Positions 43,114-54,406 of a stretch of 64,000 bases of DNA are shown here, piece by piece (position 1 is the first letter of the stretch; every line of letters begins with the position of its first letter). This DNA is from Eledone cirrhosa (lineage: Eukaryota), in NCBI GenBank assembly GCA_964016885.1, contig OZ024742.1, positions 157,480,001-157,544,000 of the forward strand. The letters run 5' to 3'. The position numbers were made by a program, and so were the translations under genes. The notes beneath the pieces were generated by a model, which made no database searches, had not been told where the DNA came from, and worked only from the letters and a program-made list of their open reading frames with translations.

Positions 43114-46100
43114 AACGAAGGAAAATTGGGAAGGAGCCAGGTGAACCATAACGCACCAAAGTACTCAAAACTTAGGGTAGTAGAGTGGGTAATAGGAACG
43201 AGTAGGACCCCGACGGCTGAGCTCAAGCCGTTTCGACGGCTAATTCTGGTCTAAATGAACATTTTTATACTGGTATATGAATAGCCGAGCTTCTCAGGGG
43301 GTAATTCCATATATGGTAAAAGTGATTGTCACAAGGATTGGTCAAAAGTTTGTAGTTGAGACACATAATTCTATCATGGCAATTTGTGGAGGGAAGGGGT
43401 AGCTGAACCTGCCTGTAGAAGAAAGAGGGAGAGGGGGTGGAGGAAACCCTGTCGTACGTTGATAGTGCCAACTACAGCTGGGCAGGAGGTCAAGGAAGTA
43501 TACTAGGGAGGTGGAGGGGGAGGATGTCGAAACAATATGTAAAAAATATGGGGTAAATATATAGAAAAATACCGAGAATGTTAGAAAAACAATTAAATAT
43601 AAAAAAAAACAATTGCTCGTTACTATAACCTAAGGACAGCTATCAAGTCTCTTACTGGTACTGCTAGACTAAAGAAAGGTTTACTAGGTGGGACGGAATT
43701 ATAATGAGACCCTTTTAAGAGGTATTAGTAATCAACCGAGTATATCTTACGGTGACGGGTCAACAAGTGGGGGGCTACAATACTAAAGAAACTACCACGA
43801 GATAATAATTCAGAGTCCCGAGACTAATACGAAATAAAGGTTTCTACATCAGGCACAAGGCCAGCAACCACCCAGTGCAAAAAAATAAACTAATACGAAA
43901 TAATAATTCAGAATCCCGAAAAAGAATACTAATATTATCTCTAAGGGTGCCGCTACGACACAAAAATTCTAGTGCAAACTACATAAAAGATCGTACAAAG
44001 TATATGAAAAATTTGATACGGAAAATTAATGCAGAAGCCCCCCCCCCCCAAAAAAAACAAACTGATATACGAGAAATTAAAGCAAAGATATCACTAAGAA
44101 ATGTAGAAAGCACGTACAAGGGGCAGCCTCGGATAAGAGGGCAAGTATCCGGTGTTTATCACATCTGCTATAAAAAGCGGAGTCCGCCAATTCTATCATA
44201 GAATAGGGGAAGGGGGTGGGGGTACTGAGGCTACAAAGGACCGAAGGGCTGCCTCGGGTGGGCGAGAAAGTGAAAAGGACGACGACAAAGAAAGAGGACT
44301 GGGGTGGAAGGACTAGGGAGGGATGAGGGGAAGAGGGAAATATAGAGGAAGCGATAAAAAGATATAAAAGACGATCTTACGTCTACCTTTGCAAGCGGGG
44401 GTTACCCATTACAAAACGGCAAGTGGGGTGTTATAGCCCTTTCTAACCCCCCCCCCCCGGGTCATTATGGGGTTTGAGGGCGAGGTAAGTCCTACGCAAT
44501 CTGTGTTTAGATGCAGTTACCAGTTAATCTTTCTTGTTTAGGAGTTGGTCCGTCGAAAACAGCAGTTGTAAAGTTTCCTCCGAGCATAAATTGCACGGAC
44601 GGCGTCCTCCCGTGTAAGAGTTGGCTCTGGACAGTAAGCTCCAAGTGAGATCATAGGTAATATTGTTATCCTTGAGGTCCCATATGTGACCAGAAAGTGT
44701 AGTCGCATGACGCTGAGCTGGGTTTCGGAAGGTATGTCTGTGTTGGTATAGCCGGGTCTTGAAGTCACACGCGGTTAATTCTATATAAGTTTTGTTGGAA
44801 GTGTCCGTCCTCACGTTGCACTGGTAGATCACATTACGATATCTGCATCTGTTGTTGAGGGGGAAAATGGATCCATCAGGATAGTTGCATCTCCTGGTCG
44901 GCTCTCCACTGCTATTTAGGTTATTTCTTCCATAGGGGTTGAGTTTTTGTTGTTAGAGGAGACGATGTTTTGTGTAAAGTTTGGTGTGGTGCTGTAGGAG
45001 AGTTTGATGGTATTTTTGTTAATTATGTTGTGGTAGCGGTGTTGTAGTGGGAAGTGTTTTTAAATGAGCCTAAATAAGATTTTCCCGATAGGAGTTGTCA
45101 CCTCGGCGTTGTGGGGAGGATTGAACCATGTTACATTGCGTGAGCGGCAGTGTCGCCTGCTGGTTCCGCTAATGGAAGCTGGACAGTAGGACATTTCCTC
45201 CCGGAAACCACTCCGCTTGAGGGCCTGGTTGTAATAAGGCGCATGTTCCTCGAATATCTGCTCATTAGCGGACAAACGAGATATGCGGAGGGAGATATTT
45301 TTAACCAGGTTATTGGTGATGTTCCTAGGATGGTTTGACCGGCGGTGGATGTAGTGCAGGTTGTCGTTGGGTTTCCTGTATGGGTAGTATAGATCATTAT
45401 CGAGGTCAAGGGTAACGTCCAGGAATTTTAATCGGGTCAGGTACGTTTGTAGGGTTATTTTACATGCCCAGTCGCGGAAGAAGCGGATTAATTGTTTACG
45501 GACCCGGTCTGTACTACTGGGGTTGTACCCTTTAATGGCAAGGAGCCCATCATCACGGTACAATCCACCGCCGAATGCAGGAAACATATCGGTGAGTTTA
45601 TCTAGTAGGAATAATCCTATAAGATCTGTGACCTCATCCGAATCCGTCGCGCCCATGCTGACGTCGAAGGGTTGGTCGCGAGCTCTCTTTATCCATTTGG
45701 AGTTGTCGAAGAGTAGGACTGTCTTTCTAGCGTGGAGGATAATGTTTCTTTCCTGGTCGGTGATGGGCGCAAGTGTTTCGGCGACGCCGAAGGCAGCCGT
45801 AAGTAGTGGTAAGATAATTGAAGCATAGCCACTACACTTTCGGGCCACTTATGGGACCTCAAAGATAACAATATTACCTATAATCTCACTTGGAGCTTAC
45901 TATCCAGAGCCAACTCTTACACGGGAGGACGCAGTCCGTGCAATTTATGCTCGAAGGAATCTTTACAAATGCTGTTTTCGACGGACCAACTCCTAAACAA
46001 GAAAGATCAACTGGTAACTGCATGTAAACATAGATTGCGTAGGACTTACCTCGCCCTCAAACCCCATAATGACTGGGGGGGGGGGGGGGGGGGTAGACAA

Positions 46101-47351
46101 GGGCTATAACACCCCACTTGCCGACTTTGTAATGGGTAACCCCTGCTTGCAAATGTAGACGTAAGATCGTCTTTTATATCTTTTTATCGCTTCCTCTATA
46201 TTTCTTTCTTCCGCCCATCCCTCCCTAGTCCTTCCACCCCAGTCCTCTTTCTTTGTCGTCGTCCTTTTCACTTTCTCGCCCACCCGAGGCAGCCCCTCGG
46301 TCCTTTGTAGCCTGAGTACCCCCACCCCCTTACCCTATTCTATGATAGAATTGGCCGACTCCGCTTTTTATAGCAGATGTGATAGACCCCGGATCGGATA
46401 CTTGCCTTCTTATCAGATGCCTGCCCCTTTTCCGTGCTTTCTACATTTCTTAGTGGTATCTTTGCTTTAATTTCTCGTATATCAGTATTTTTTTAGGGGG
46501 AGGGGGGGGGGCTTCTTAATTAATTTTCCGTATCAAACTTTTCATATACTTCGTACGAGCTTTTATGTAGTTTGCACTAGAATTTTTGTGCCGTAGCGGC
46601 ACCCTTAGAGATGTTGTCAGTATTCTTTTTCGGGATTCTGAATTATTATTTCGTATTAGTTTATTTGTTTGCATTGGGTCGTTTCTGGCCTTGTGCCTGG
46701 GGTAGAAACCTTTATTCGTATTAGTCTCGGGAGTCTGAATTATTATCTCGTGGTAGTTTCTTTAGTATATTGGCCCCCCACTTGTTGACCCGTCACCATA
46801 AGATATACTCGGTTGATTACTAATACCTCTTAAAAGGGTCTCATTATAATTCCGTCACACCTAGTAAACCTTTCTTTAGTCTAGCAGTACCAGTGAGAGA
46901 CTTGATAGCTGTCCTTAGGTTATAGTAACAAGAAATTGTTTTTTTTATATTCAATTGTTTATTTAACATTCCCGGTATTTTTCTATATATTTACCCCATA
47001 TTGTTTTACTTATTGTTTAAACTTCCACCCCCTCCCCCTCCTTAGTATACTTCCTTGACCTCCAGCCCAACTGTAGTTGGCACTATCAACGCACGACTGG
47101 GTTTCCTCCACCCCTTCTCCCTCTTTCTTCTACTGGCAGGTTTAGCTACCCCTTCTCTCCACAAATTGCCATGATAGAATTATGTGTCTCAACAACAAAC
47201 TTTTGACCAATCCTTGTGACAATTACTTTTACCATATATGGAATTACCCCCTTAGAAGCTTGGCTATTCATATACCAGGATAACAATTTTCATTTAGACC
47301 AGAATTAGCCGTCGAAACGGCTTGACCTCAGCCGTCGGGGTCCTACTCGTT

Positions 47352-47356
<5 letters not shown>
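43114..47356 (-). mobile_element. Penelope-like element family B, copy 2: long arm minus (43114-45829) joined head-to-head to a short plus arm (45829-47356)
   Basis: ORFs 45060-45848 (GLYRDDGL) and 44524-44832 (EN) match copy 1. HHR motifs at 43207-43302 (core CTGAGAA) and 47246-47341 (core CTTAGAA). Confidence 0.95.
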
Positions 47357-47408
<52 letters not shown>

Positions 47409-47411
<3 letters not shown>

Positions 47412-48283
47412 GTTGACGGTATATTTAGTCATTTTCTACATGCTGTTGAAATGTTGGGTAAATACTCTATTGTGGTCACCGCGAAGAGGCCGCTTTCGGT
47501 TATTTATCATATATTTCTTCATAGACGCCTTTATTATTATAGCCTGGTCTAATTGATTTTTACATGGTTAATTATGCTAATTGGGAGAGGAAATGTTATA
47601 TATTTTATCTAATAATTCTAAGGACATGATTTATGATTTATTTCTCTGATTATTTAATTTACTAATTCTTCATTGAGCCACATCGTGACCGGTTGCCACA
47701 TATATATCTGTGACTTTATGTATACGTAAATATTTATATTTAATAATCACCCGTTGGGTTGAGATGCAATTGGGCGATATTGGGCTGCGCTTTCTAGCAA
47801 CCAGCCTACTCGCCGTAAGCAACTAATCACAATCTTTCTAACTTGACCACTGATATGTCACGTTTCTTAGCCATGTTTTGAATCTATTTCTGGCTCGATC
47901 GCTTTGGAAAATGAACTGTCCGACTGAGTGTGTCTCCTGATGAGTTTGTTTCTCTAGATTCGTCCTTAATAATAGGATATCTCAAAATACGAACGAAACC
48001 ATGGTAGGGATGTAATTACAGCATGTACACGTTTCTTCTAAGTTTAAATTTACATGGTTGACGGTATATTTAGTCATTTTCTACATGCTGTTGAAATGTT
48101 GGGTAAATACTCTATTGTGGTCACCGCGAAAAGGCCGCTTTCGGTTATTTATCAAATATTTCTTCATAGGAGCCTTTATTCTTATAGCCTGGTCTAATTG
48201 ATTTTTTATATGGTTAATTATGCTAATTGGGAGAGGAAATGGTATATATTTTATCTAATAGTTCTAAGGACATGATTTATGAT
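47409..48283 (+). mobile_element. Non-coding 645-bp-period partial tandem (1.36 units) carrying a hammerhead; retrozyme/mini-PLE-like
   Basis: 47409-47637 is repeated at 48054-48283; flanked by (TA)n. Confidence 0.8.
47932..48011 (+). ncRNA. Type I hammerhead ribozyme motif
   Basis: GTCTC-CTGATGA-GTTTGT...ACGAAC-GAAA-CCATGG-TA-GGGAT; palindromic stem III ACCATGGT. Confidence 0.82.
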
Positions 48284-48298
48284 ATATATATATATATA

Positions 48299-48530
48299 GA
48301 TATAAGTATGTGTGTATACGTTCATACATATATGTATACAGACGTCTAACAAGCTTGAAACTAGTACATCGTTCCTGTGTCAGTGTTGAACAAAAAGGTG
48401 ACGTGGTTGCCTTAACACCGTACGGCATAAAAATGCAGGCTGTTCAGTTTGTTTTCAAACGAAGAAAGCGGCGTTATAATGAGCGTACGCTAAACTGATA
48501 CGTGCATATATGTATGTGTACGTGTATGTA

Positions 48531-48576
<46 letters not shown>

Positions 48577-49013
48577 TGCTACTGTACGTCTGTATACATA
48601 TATGTATGTACGTATACACACATATTTACATCTAAGTAAGTGCCGTACTAAGAGTGAGAAATGAAATTTCGTTTTCATTTTATTTCAACTTATCGTTTTC
48701 GGTATGCCTGACCGACTTAGCTCACTCGATATGCAAATTAGGCTGCTCAGCCGTTAATTTTCATGAGGAAAGTATATACTTTCAAACGTTCAACTATCTG
48801 GCAGGTGGGTATACGGTGCTGATGATAGCTAACAAGCTTGAAACTAGTACATCGTTCCTGTGTCAGTGTTGAACAAAAAGGTGACGTGGTTGCCTTAACA
48901 CCGTACGGCATAAAAATTCAGGCTGTTCAGTTTGTTTACAAACGAACAAAGCGGCGTTATAATAAGCGTACGCTAAACTGATACGTGCATATATGTATGT
49001 GTACCTGTATGTA

Positions 49014-49105
<92 letters not shown>

Positions 49106-49542
49106 TGCTACTGTACGTCTGTATACATATATGTATGTACGTATACACACATACTTACATCTAAGTAAGTGCCGTACTAAGAGTGAGAAATGAAATTTCG
49201 TTTTCATTTTATCTCAACTTATCGTTTTCGGTATGCCTGACCGACTTAGCTCACTCGATATGAAAATTAGGCTGCTCAGCCGTTAATTTTCATAAGGAAA
49301 GTATATACTTTCAAACGTTCAACTATCTGGCAGGTGGGTATAGGGTGCTGATGATAGCTAACAAGCTTGAAACTCGTACATCGTTCCTGTGTCAGTGTTG
49401 AACAAAAAGGTGACGTGGTTGCCTTAACACCGTACGGCATAAACATTCAGGCTGTTCAGTTTGTTTACAAACGAACAAAGCGGCGTTATAATAAGCGTAC
49501 GCTAAACTGATACGTGCATATATGTATGTGTACCTGTATGTA

Positions 49543-49575
<33 letters not shown>

Positions 49576-49690
49576 GCATACTACTGTACGTCTGTATACA
49601 TATATGTATGTACGTTTACACACATACTTACATCTAAGTAAGTGCCGTACTAAGAGTGAGAAATGAAATTTCGTTTTCATTTTATTTCAA

Positions 49691-49693
<3 letters not shown>
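48299..49693 (+). repeat. ~480-530 bp tandem array (~2.7 units) with a minimal hammerhead per unit and a 5' inversion (retrozyme-like)
   Basis: CTAACAAGCTTGAAACT recurs at 48346, 48829 and 49358; unit length varies with an internal (TA)n; 48299-48345 is an inverted piece of the unit. Confidence 0.85.
48814..48854 (+). ncRNA. Minimal hammerhead motif (second copy at 49344-49383)
   Basis: CGGTG-CTGATGA-tAGCT aaca AGCTt-GAAA-CTAG-TA-CATCG; palindromic stem III ACTAGT. Confidence 0.75.
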
Positions 49694-49766
<73 letters not shown>

Positions 49767-50071
49767 AACAAGAGGGCTTGGGAGGAGTTGGCTTTCACTA
49801 CTATTATAACAACCTCTGACTACCAGGGAGGCGGGTAGGCCTGTCTACTAGCTGAATTCGTCACTACGGTGATGAGTTGCTACTCTAAACATACGACGTT
49901 AGTGACGTGAGACTGAGACTGACCGGCAATTCCACGATAGTTCTAAGTGGTATACAACCGCCAGCCGGAGAAACATTAACATACACACGATTTGACATCC
50001 CCTTGTAACAAGAAAACAAATTACTTGAAGCTAATATGTTCTACACAGAAACACACACACACACACACACA

Positions 50072-50145
<74 letters not shown>

Positions 50146-50189
50146 ATGCACACTTCCCCTCCCCCCCACACACGCATATATATATATAT

Positions 50190-50770
50190 ATATTTCGTTT
50201 CTGAATTTGTTTAGCAAGATTCTTTATCTGAAATCGTGTGTTGAAACCGATATTGTTATACTTTGGGAGGGTCATGTTGCCAATAAGAAACACACGCACC
50301 AGTTGCTTTCACTTCAATTTATTATATATTTATAAATTTATAAATTTACAAATTTACAAACTTATAAATTTCTGGTTGGTTGGTTGGTTCCACAACCAGA
50401 TAGTTGTTTATATATAGTCATAGTCCTTTCGTCACACACTCTGTGACCTCTTCAGTGACTGGGGATTCCTTTCCTCTATCCTACGCCATTTTGTTTCTGT
50501 GTGTGTGTTGTGTGCTCAGTTTGAGCATGCGCCACATCCGGGTGTCTGTGTGTGTTTGTGTTCATTTTTCTATTTGTTTATTTATTTATTTATTTATTGT
50601 TGGTAGGTTGTTTGTTCTATGTGTGTATGTGTTTTCATTTTGTCCTGTGTGTGTTTTCATTGTGTGTGAGTTTTCATTTTGTCCTTAATTGTAAGTTGTT
50701 TGTTCTATGTGTGTGTGTGTTTTCATTTTGTCCTTAATTGTAAGTTGTGATGTTGCTGTTCCACTCATAT
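50190..50770 (-). mobile_element. Solo 3' end/pseudo-LTR of PLE family F
   Basis: Duplicate of 52767-53270, including the last codons of the ORF (YEWNSNITTYN). Confidence 0.9.
50416..50460 (-). ncRNA. Minimal hammerhead motif (family F)
   Basis: AGTCA-CTGAAGA-gGTCACA gagtg TGTGAC-GAAA-GGAC-TA-TGACT on the minus strand. Confidence 0.72.
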
Positions 50771-51008
50771 TTATATATATAGTAATAATAATATTCGTAT
50801 AATATTCGTTTTTTCACGTTCTTTGCCAGCGAACGATTCTACGAACCAAAGTATCGTCTTCCTGTCTTCTTCCGGTTGCAACGTTTTTTGAAATATCCAC
50901 TTCTGCGTTTACTGATCGACTTTGTTAGTTTCAGAAGTTCCCGTTAAGGGTGAAAGCAGCGATTCTTTGCTTAAACTTAATCTGTTATTTTAATAAATAT
51001 ATATATAT

Positions 51009-51727
51009 ATAGTATATAAATGTAAAGTTAACACTAAGGACTCAATTTATTCATATATAGGAGCTACCTCTAACAAATTTAAGGTAAGATTTAATACCCA
51101 CAAACATAGTTTTTAAAATGCCGCACTAGCTAATACAACATCTCTAGCTGAAATAATTAATAATTATATAAAGAGGAATATAGATTATGACCTGACCTGG
51201 AGTGTGCTCAAAAGGGCCACCCCTTATCAAAATAGTAGATATGAATGTAGATTATGTTCCCAAGAACTTTTTGAAATAATGAAATCTAAGGATATCCTAT
51301 TAAATAAGCGACAGGAATTAATAATATCGTGTAATCATAAACTGAGAAAAACCTTTAAATATTATAAACCTAATTAATATACACTTTAGAAATTAATATA
51401 TAAACTGTTTTTAATTTAGTTAACCTATAATTAATATTCTACTACTGATGAACCACATAAGTTTACTTTCCTTCTTACAACTATCATTTCCTAAAACTGA
51501 TACCATTAAGTAAACATATATAATGCCTTAACTTCAGGTTATGACTCTATGTTCCTTGAAATATATATATATTTATTATGACTCTATGTTCCTTGAAATC
51601 TCTATATATTTATTATTTCTCACTTATAAATTTAATCCCCCCGCCAATAATTATATGTATATGTAACTATGTATGTGTGTGTATATATATGTGTATGTAT
51701 GTATATATGTGTGTATAAATATATATA

Positions 51728-51772
<45 letters not shown>

Positions 51773-51785
51773 ATATGTGTGTGTG

Positions 51786-51840
<55 letters not shown>

Positions 51841-52727
51841 CTATTATTTTATATTCTTTTAATTTCCCCTCATCTTTAACAGCACTCTTCAACTACATCT
51901 AACTCTTATTTATCATATTATATGCATTAGTATAATTTTATCAATATAAATATACCCATCAATTAAATTAATTTATATTCTTTTCATAGATGTATTTTTT
52001 TCACTAACACTCTTATCATAAAATGTTTGTCTCCTTAGATATTTGCATTGGCATTACTGATTTATAACAGCAACTGCTCATATACCTTTTACTGACCTGA
52101 CCTATTTTCATCACTAAAATAACCTGCTCATTCTTCACACTCCATTCAAAACTGAAACCTGCCTTATTCTACCCCTAAAATAAGCTTCAATTACTACTAT
52201 TTTACCATTTGGCCAATTATTAACTTTCTATTGGTTAATTCTAAACCTCTTACCAAACAGACAGAATATATTAGATCTTTGTTGGTTTTATTCAATGAAC
52301 AAATATAATTATTTCTGAGGTCAGCATACGACCTATTTTCATCCCTAAAATAATCTTTCATTCATAATATTCTTTTCCATCCAAAACTGAAATCTACCTT
52401 CCTCTACCCATAATTTAAGGTTCTTCTACTACTATATTACTATCTTGACCCTCACTATCTTTATATTGGTCAATTCAAAACCTGTTCCCAAACAGACCTA
52501 TTGTATTGAATCTTTGTTTTTTTCAATAAACAAATATCATTATTTCTGAAGACAGCATATACATGTGTAGGTATGTATATTCCCTCTGATAGTTTGTATA
52601 AATATTGTACATAGATCTATAGAATATGCATACCAACTCTAACACATATATATCCTAGAAACGATCGTAAAATGATGAATTTTTTTAATATAAGGAACTG
52701 TTTCTTTGTTTATTCATTATTTTATTA

Positions 52728-52731
<4 letters not shown>
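51009..52731 (+). mobile_element. Penelope-like element family A, copy 3 (EN plus 3' UTR), with hammerhead at 52537-52679
   Basis: Collinear with 2659-4570; begins and ends in (TA)n. Confidence 0.92.
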
Positions 52732-52766
<35 letters not shown>

Positions 52767-52769
<3 letters not shown>

Positions 52770-54406
52770 CGTTTCTGAATTTGTTTAGCAAGATTCTTTA
52801 TCTGAAATCGTGTGTTGAAACCGATATTCTTATACTTTGGGAGGGTCATGTTGCCAATAAGAAACACACGCACCAGTTGCCTTCACTTCAATTCATTATA
52901 TATTTATAAATTTATAAATTTATAAATTTACAAATTTATAAATTTCTGGTTGGTTGGTTCTACAACCAGATAGTTGTTTATATATAGTCATAGTTCTTTC
53001 GTCACACACTCTGTGACCTCTTCAGTGACTGGGGATTCCTTTCTTTGTTTCTGTGCCTCTCCTTTGTTCTGTCCTACGCCATTTTGTTTCTGTGTGTGTG
53101 TTGTGTGTTCAGTCTGCGCATGCGCCACATCCGGGTGTCTGTGTGTCTTTATGTTCATTTATTTATTTGTTTATTTACATGTTACTGGTTGGTTGTTTGT
53201 ACTATGTGTGTGTGTGTTTTCATTTTGTCCTTAATTGTAAGTTGTGATGTTGCTGTTCCACTCATATTTTCTATTTAATTTTGGTTGTAATTCTTTTATG
53301 TTTATTGCCTCTGTAATTTGTCTAAACATTGCGTCTTTTCTGTGTGTAGATTCTATTTTTATTTCTATGTTCTCTAATTTACCCTTGTGTTCTATCTTAG
53401 CATGTTGGTAGAGTACAGATGATTCTTTATTATCCTGAAGGTCTCGCCAGTGTTCATTTATCCGTTCCCCTACACTACGAGCTGTCTCACCTATGTACAC
53501 TATATTTTTGTCTCTACATTGTCCTTCAGTACATCTTATGCTATACACTACATTTCTAGTTTTACAGTTAATATGGGGGCTTATTTTACAGGTTATACAT
53601 TTCTTAACTATACATGAGGGTCTTTGGAACGGGTATGTCTTGCTAATAAGTGTTTTTACGGAGGTACCTGGTCTTTCTACTATCTTAATATTGAGTTTAT
53701 GTTTATTTAGGGCCCTTCTAAATTTGTAAGCTAATTCACCTCTAGGGGTTGTATTGATGAACAGTACACTCTGGTAGTTATTGCTATCATACCATGAGTT
53801 TATTCTATTAGCCTTGTTCCTAGTTCTTTCTATTCTATTCCAAAATTTGCTCCTATACAAGGGGCAGGTCCCATTTATGTCATTATTTACCATTTTTTCC
53901 CATTTGGTTCTGGCTCCTCTATACACTCTGATTTTATCTCTCTGATTGTAGCCAGAGAACTGCATACGGTGGATGAAGTGTTGTATGTGTCTCTCTAGTT
54001 CCTCGGGGTTGCACATGCGGGACACATTTCTCATCACCCGTACCAAATCCGCAATCAGTATGTTGATTTTGGTATGGTCCGAAATGGCCGAGTTTTGGTG
54101 GATCAGATGTTTGGAAGTCATGGGTTTGGCATAATGGGAATGGAGGATTCGTTTTTTGTTGTTAATGGTATCTAACCAGAGCTCTGTATCTAGTACAGGT
54201 AATCGATGGTTGGGGTGTTTACTTGGGTAGTCTATAGTAACTCTAATGCTCTGGTGGATGGAGTTTGCTATTTGCTGGATGCTTTCCATTGTGTTTTTCT
54301 CTAGTTCCTGACTGTTCTCTAGTGGGGGTGTCTTAACTACGATGTTTATATCATCTACGTAGCGGGAGTACATTATCAGGGTTAAGGGGTCTTCTAATTG
54401 TTCTTT
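52767..54406 (-). mobile_element. Penelope-like element family F (Neptune/Nematis-like), 5'-truncated
   Basis: Uninterrupted ORF plus a 3' UTR with a hammerhead at 52986-53030, ending in (TA)n. The clade is inferred. Confidence 0.9.
53231..54406 (-). CDS. C-terminal half of a PLE RT-GIY-YIG protein (open frame, 5'-truncated)
   Basis: YSRYVDD, LPVLDTELW, HYAKPM, RMQFSGY, C..C..C..C, VVYSIRC..YIGETARSVGERINEH, EA..I..LN. The 417 aa track ORF gets its N-terminus from flanking (TTAAGT)n. Confidence 0.85.
   Translation of the reverse strand, partial: KEQLEDPLTLIMYSRYVDDINIVVKTPPLENSQELEKNTMESIQQIANSIHQSIRVTIDYPSKHPNHRLPVLDTELWLDTINNKKRILHSHYAKPMTSKHLIHQNSAISDHTKINILIADLVRVMRNVSRMCNPEELERHIQHFIHRMQFSGYNQRDKIRVYRGARTKWEKMVNNDINGTCPLYRSKFWNRIERTRNKANRINSWYDSNNYQSVLFINTTPRGELAYKFRRALNKHKLNIKIVERPGTSVKTLISKTYPFQRPSCIVKKCITCKISPHINCKTRNVVYSIRCTEGQCRDKNIVYIGETARSVGERINEHWRDLQDNKESSVLYQHAKIEHKGKLENIEIKIESTHRKDAMFRQITEAINIKELQPKLNRKYEWNSNITTYN

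Noticed and set aside
49859-49907. CGTCACTA..TGATGAG..TAAAC..TAGTGACG hairpin resembling an HHR
   Set aside because: The core lacks C3 and GAAA, and the spacing is wrong.
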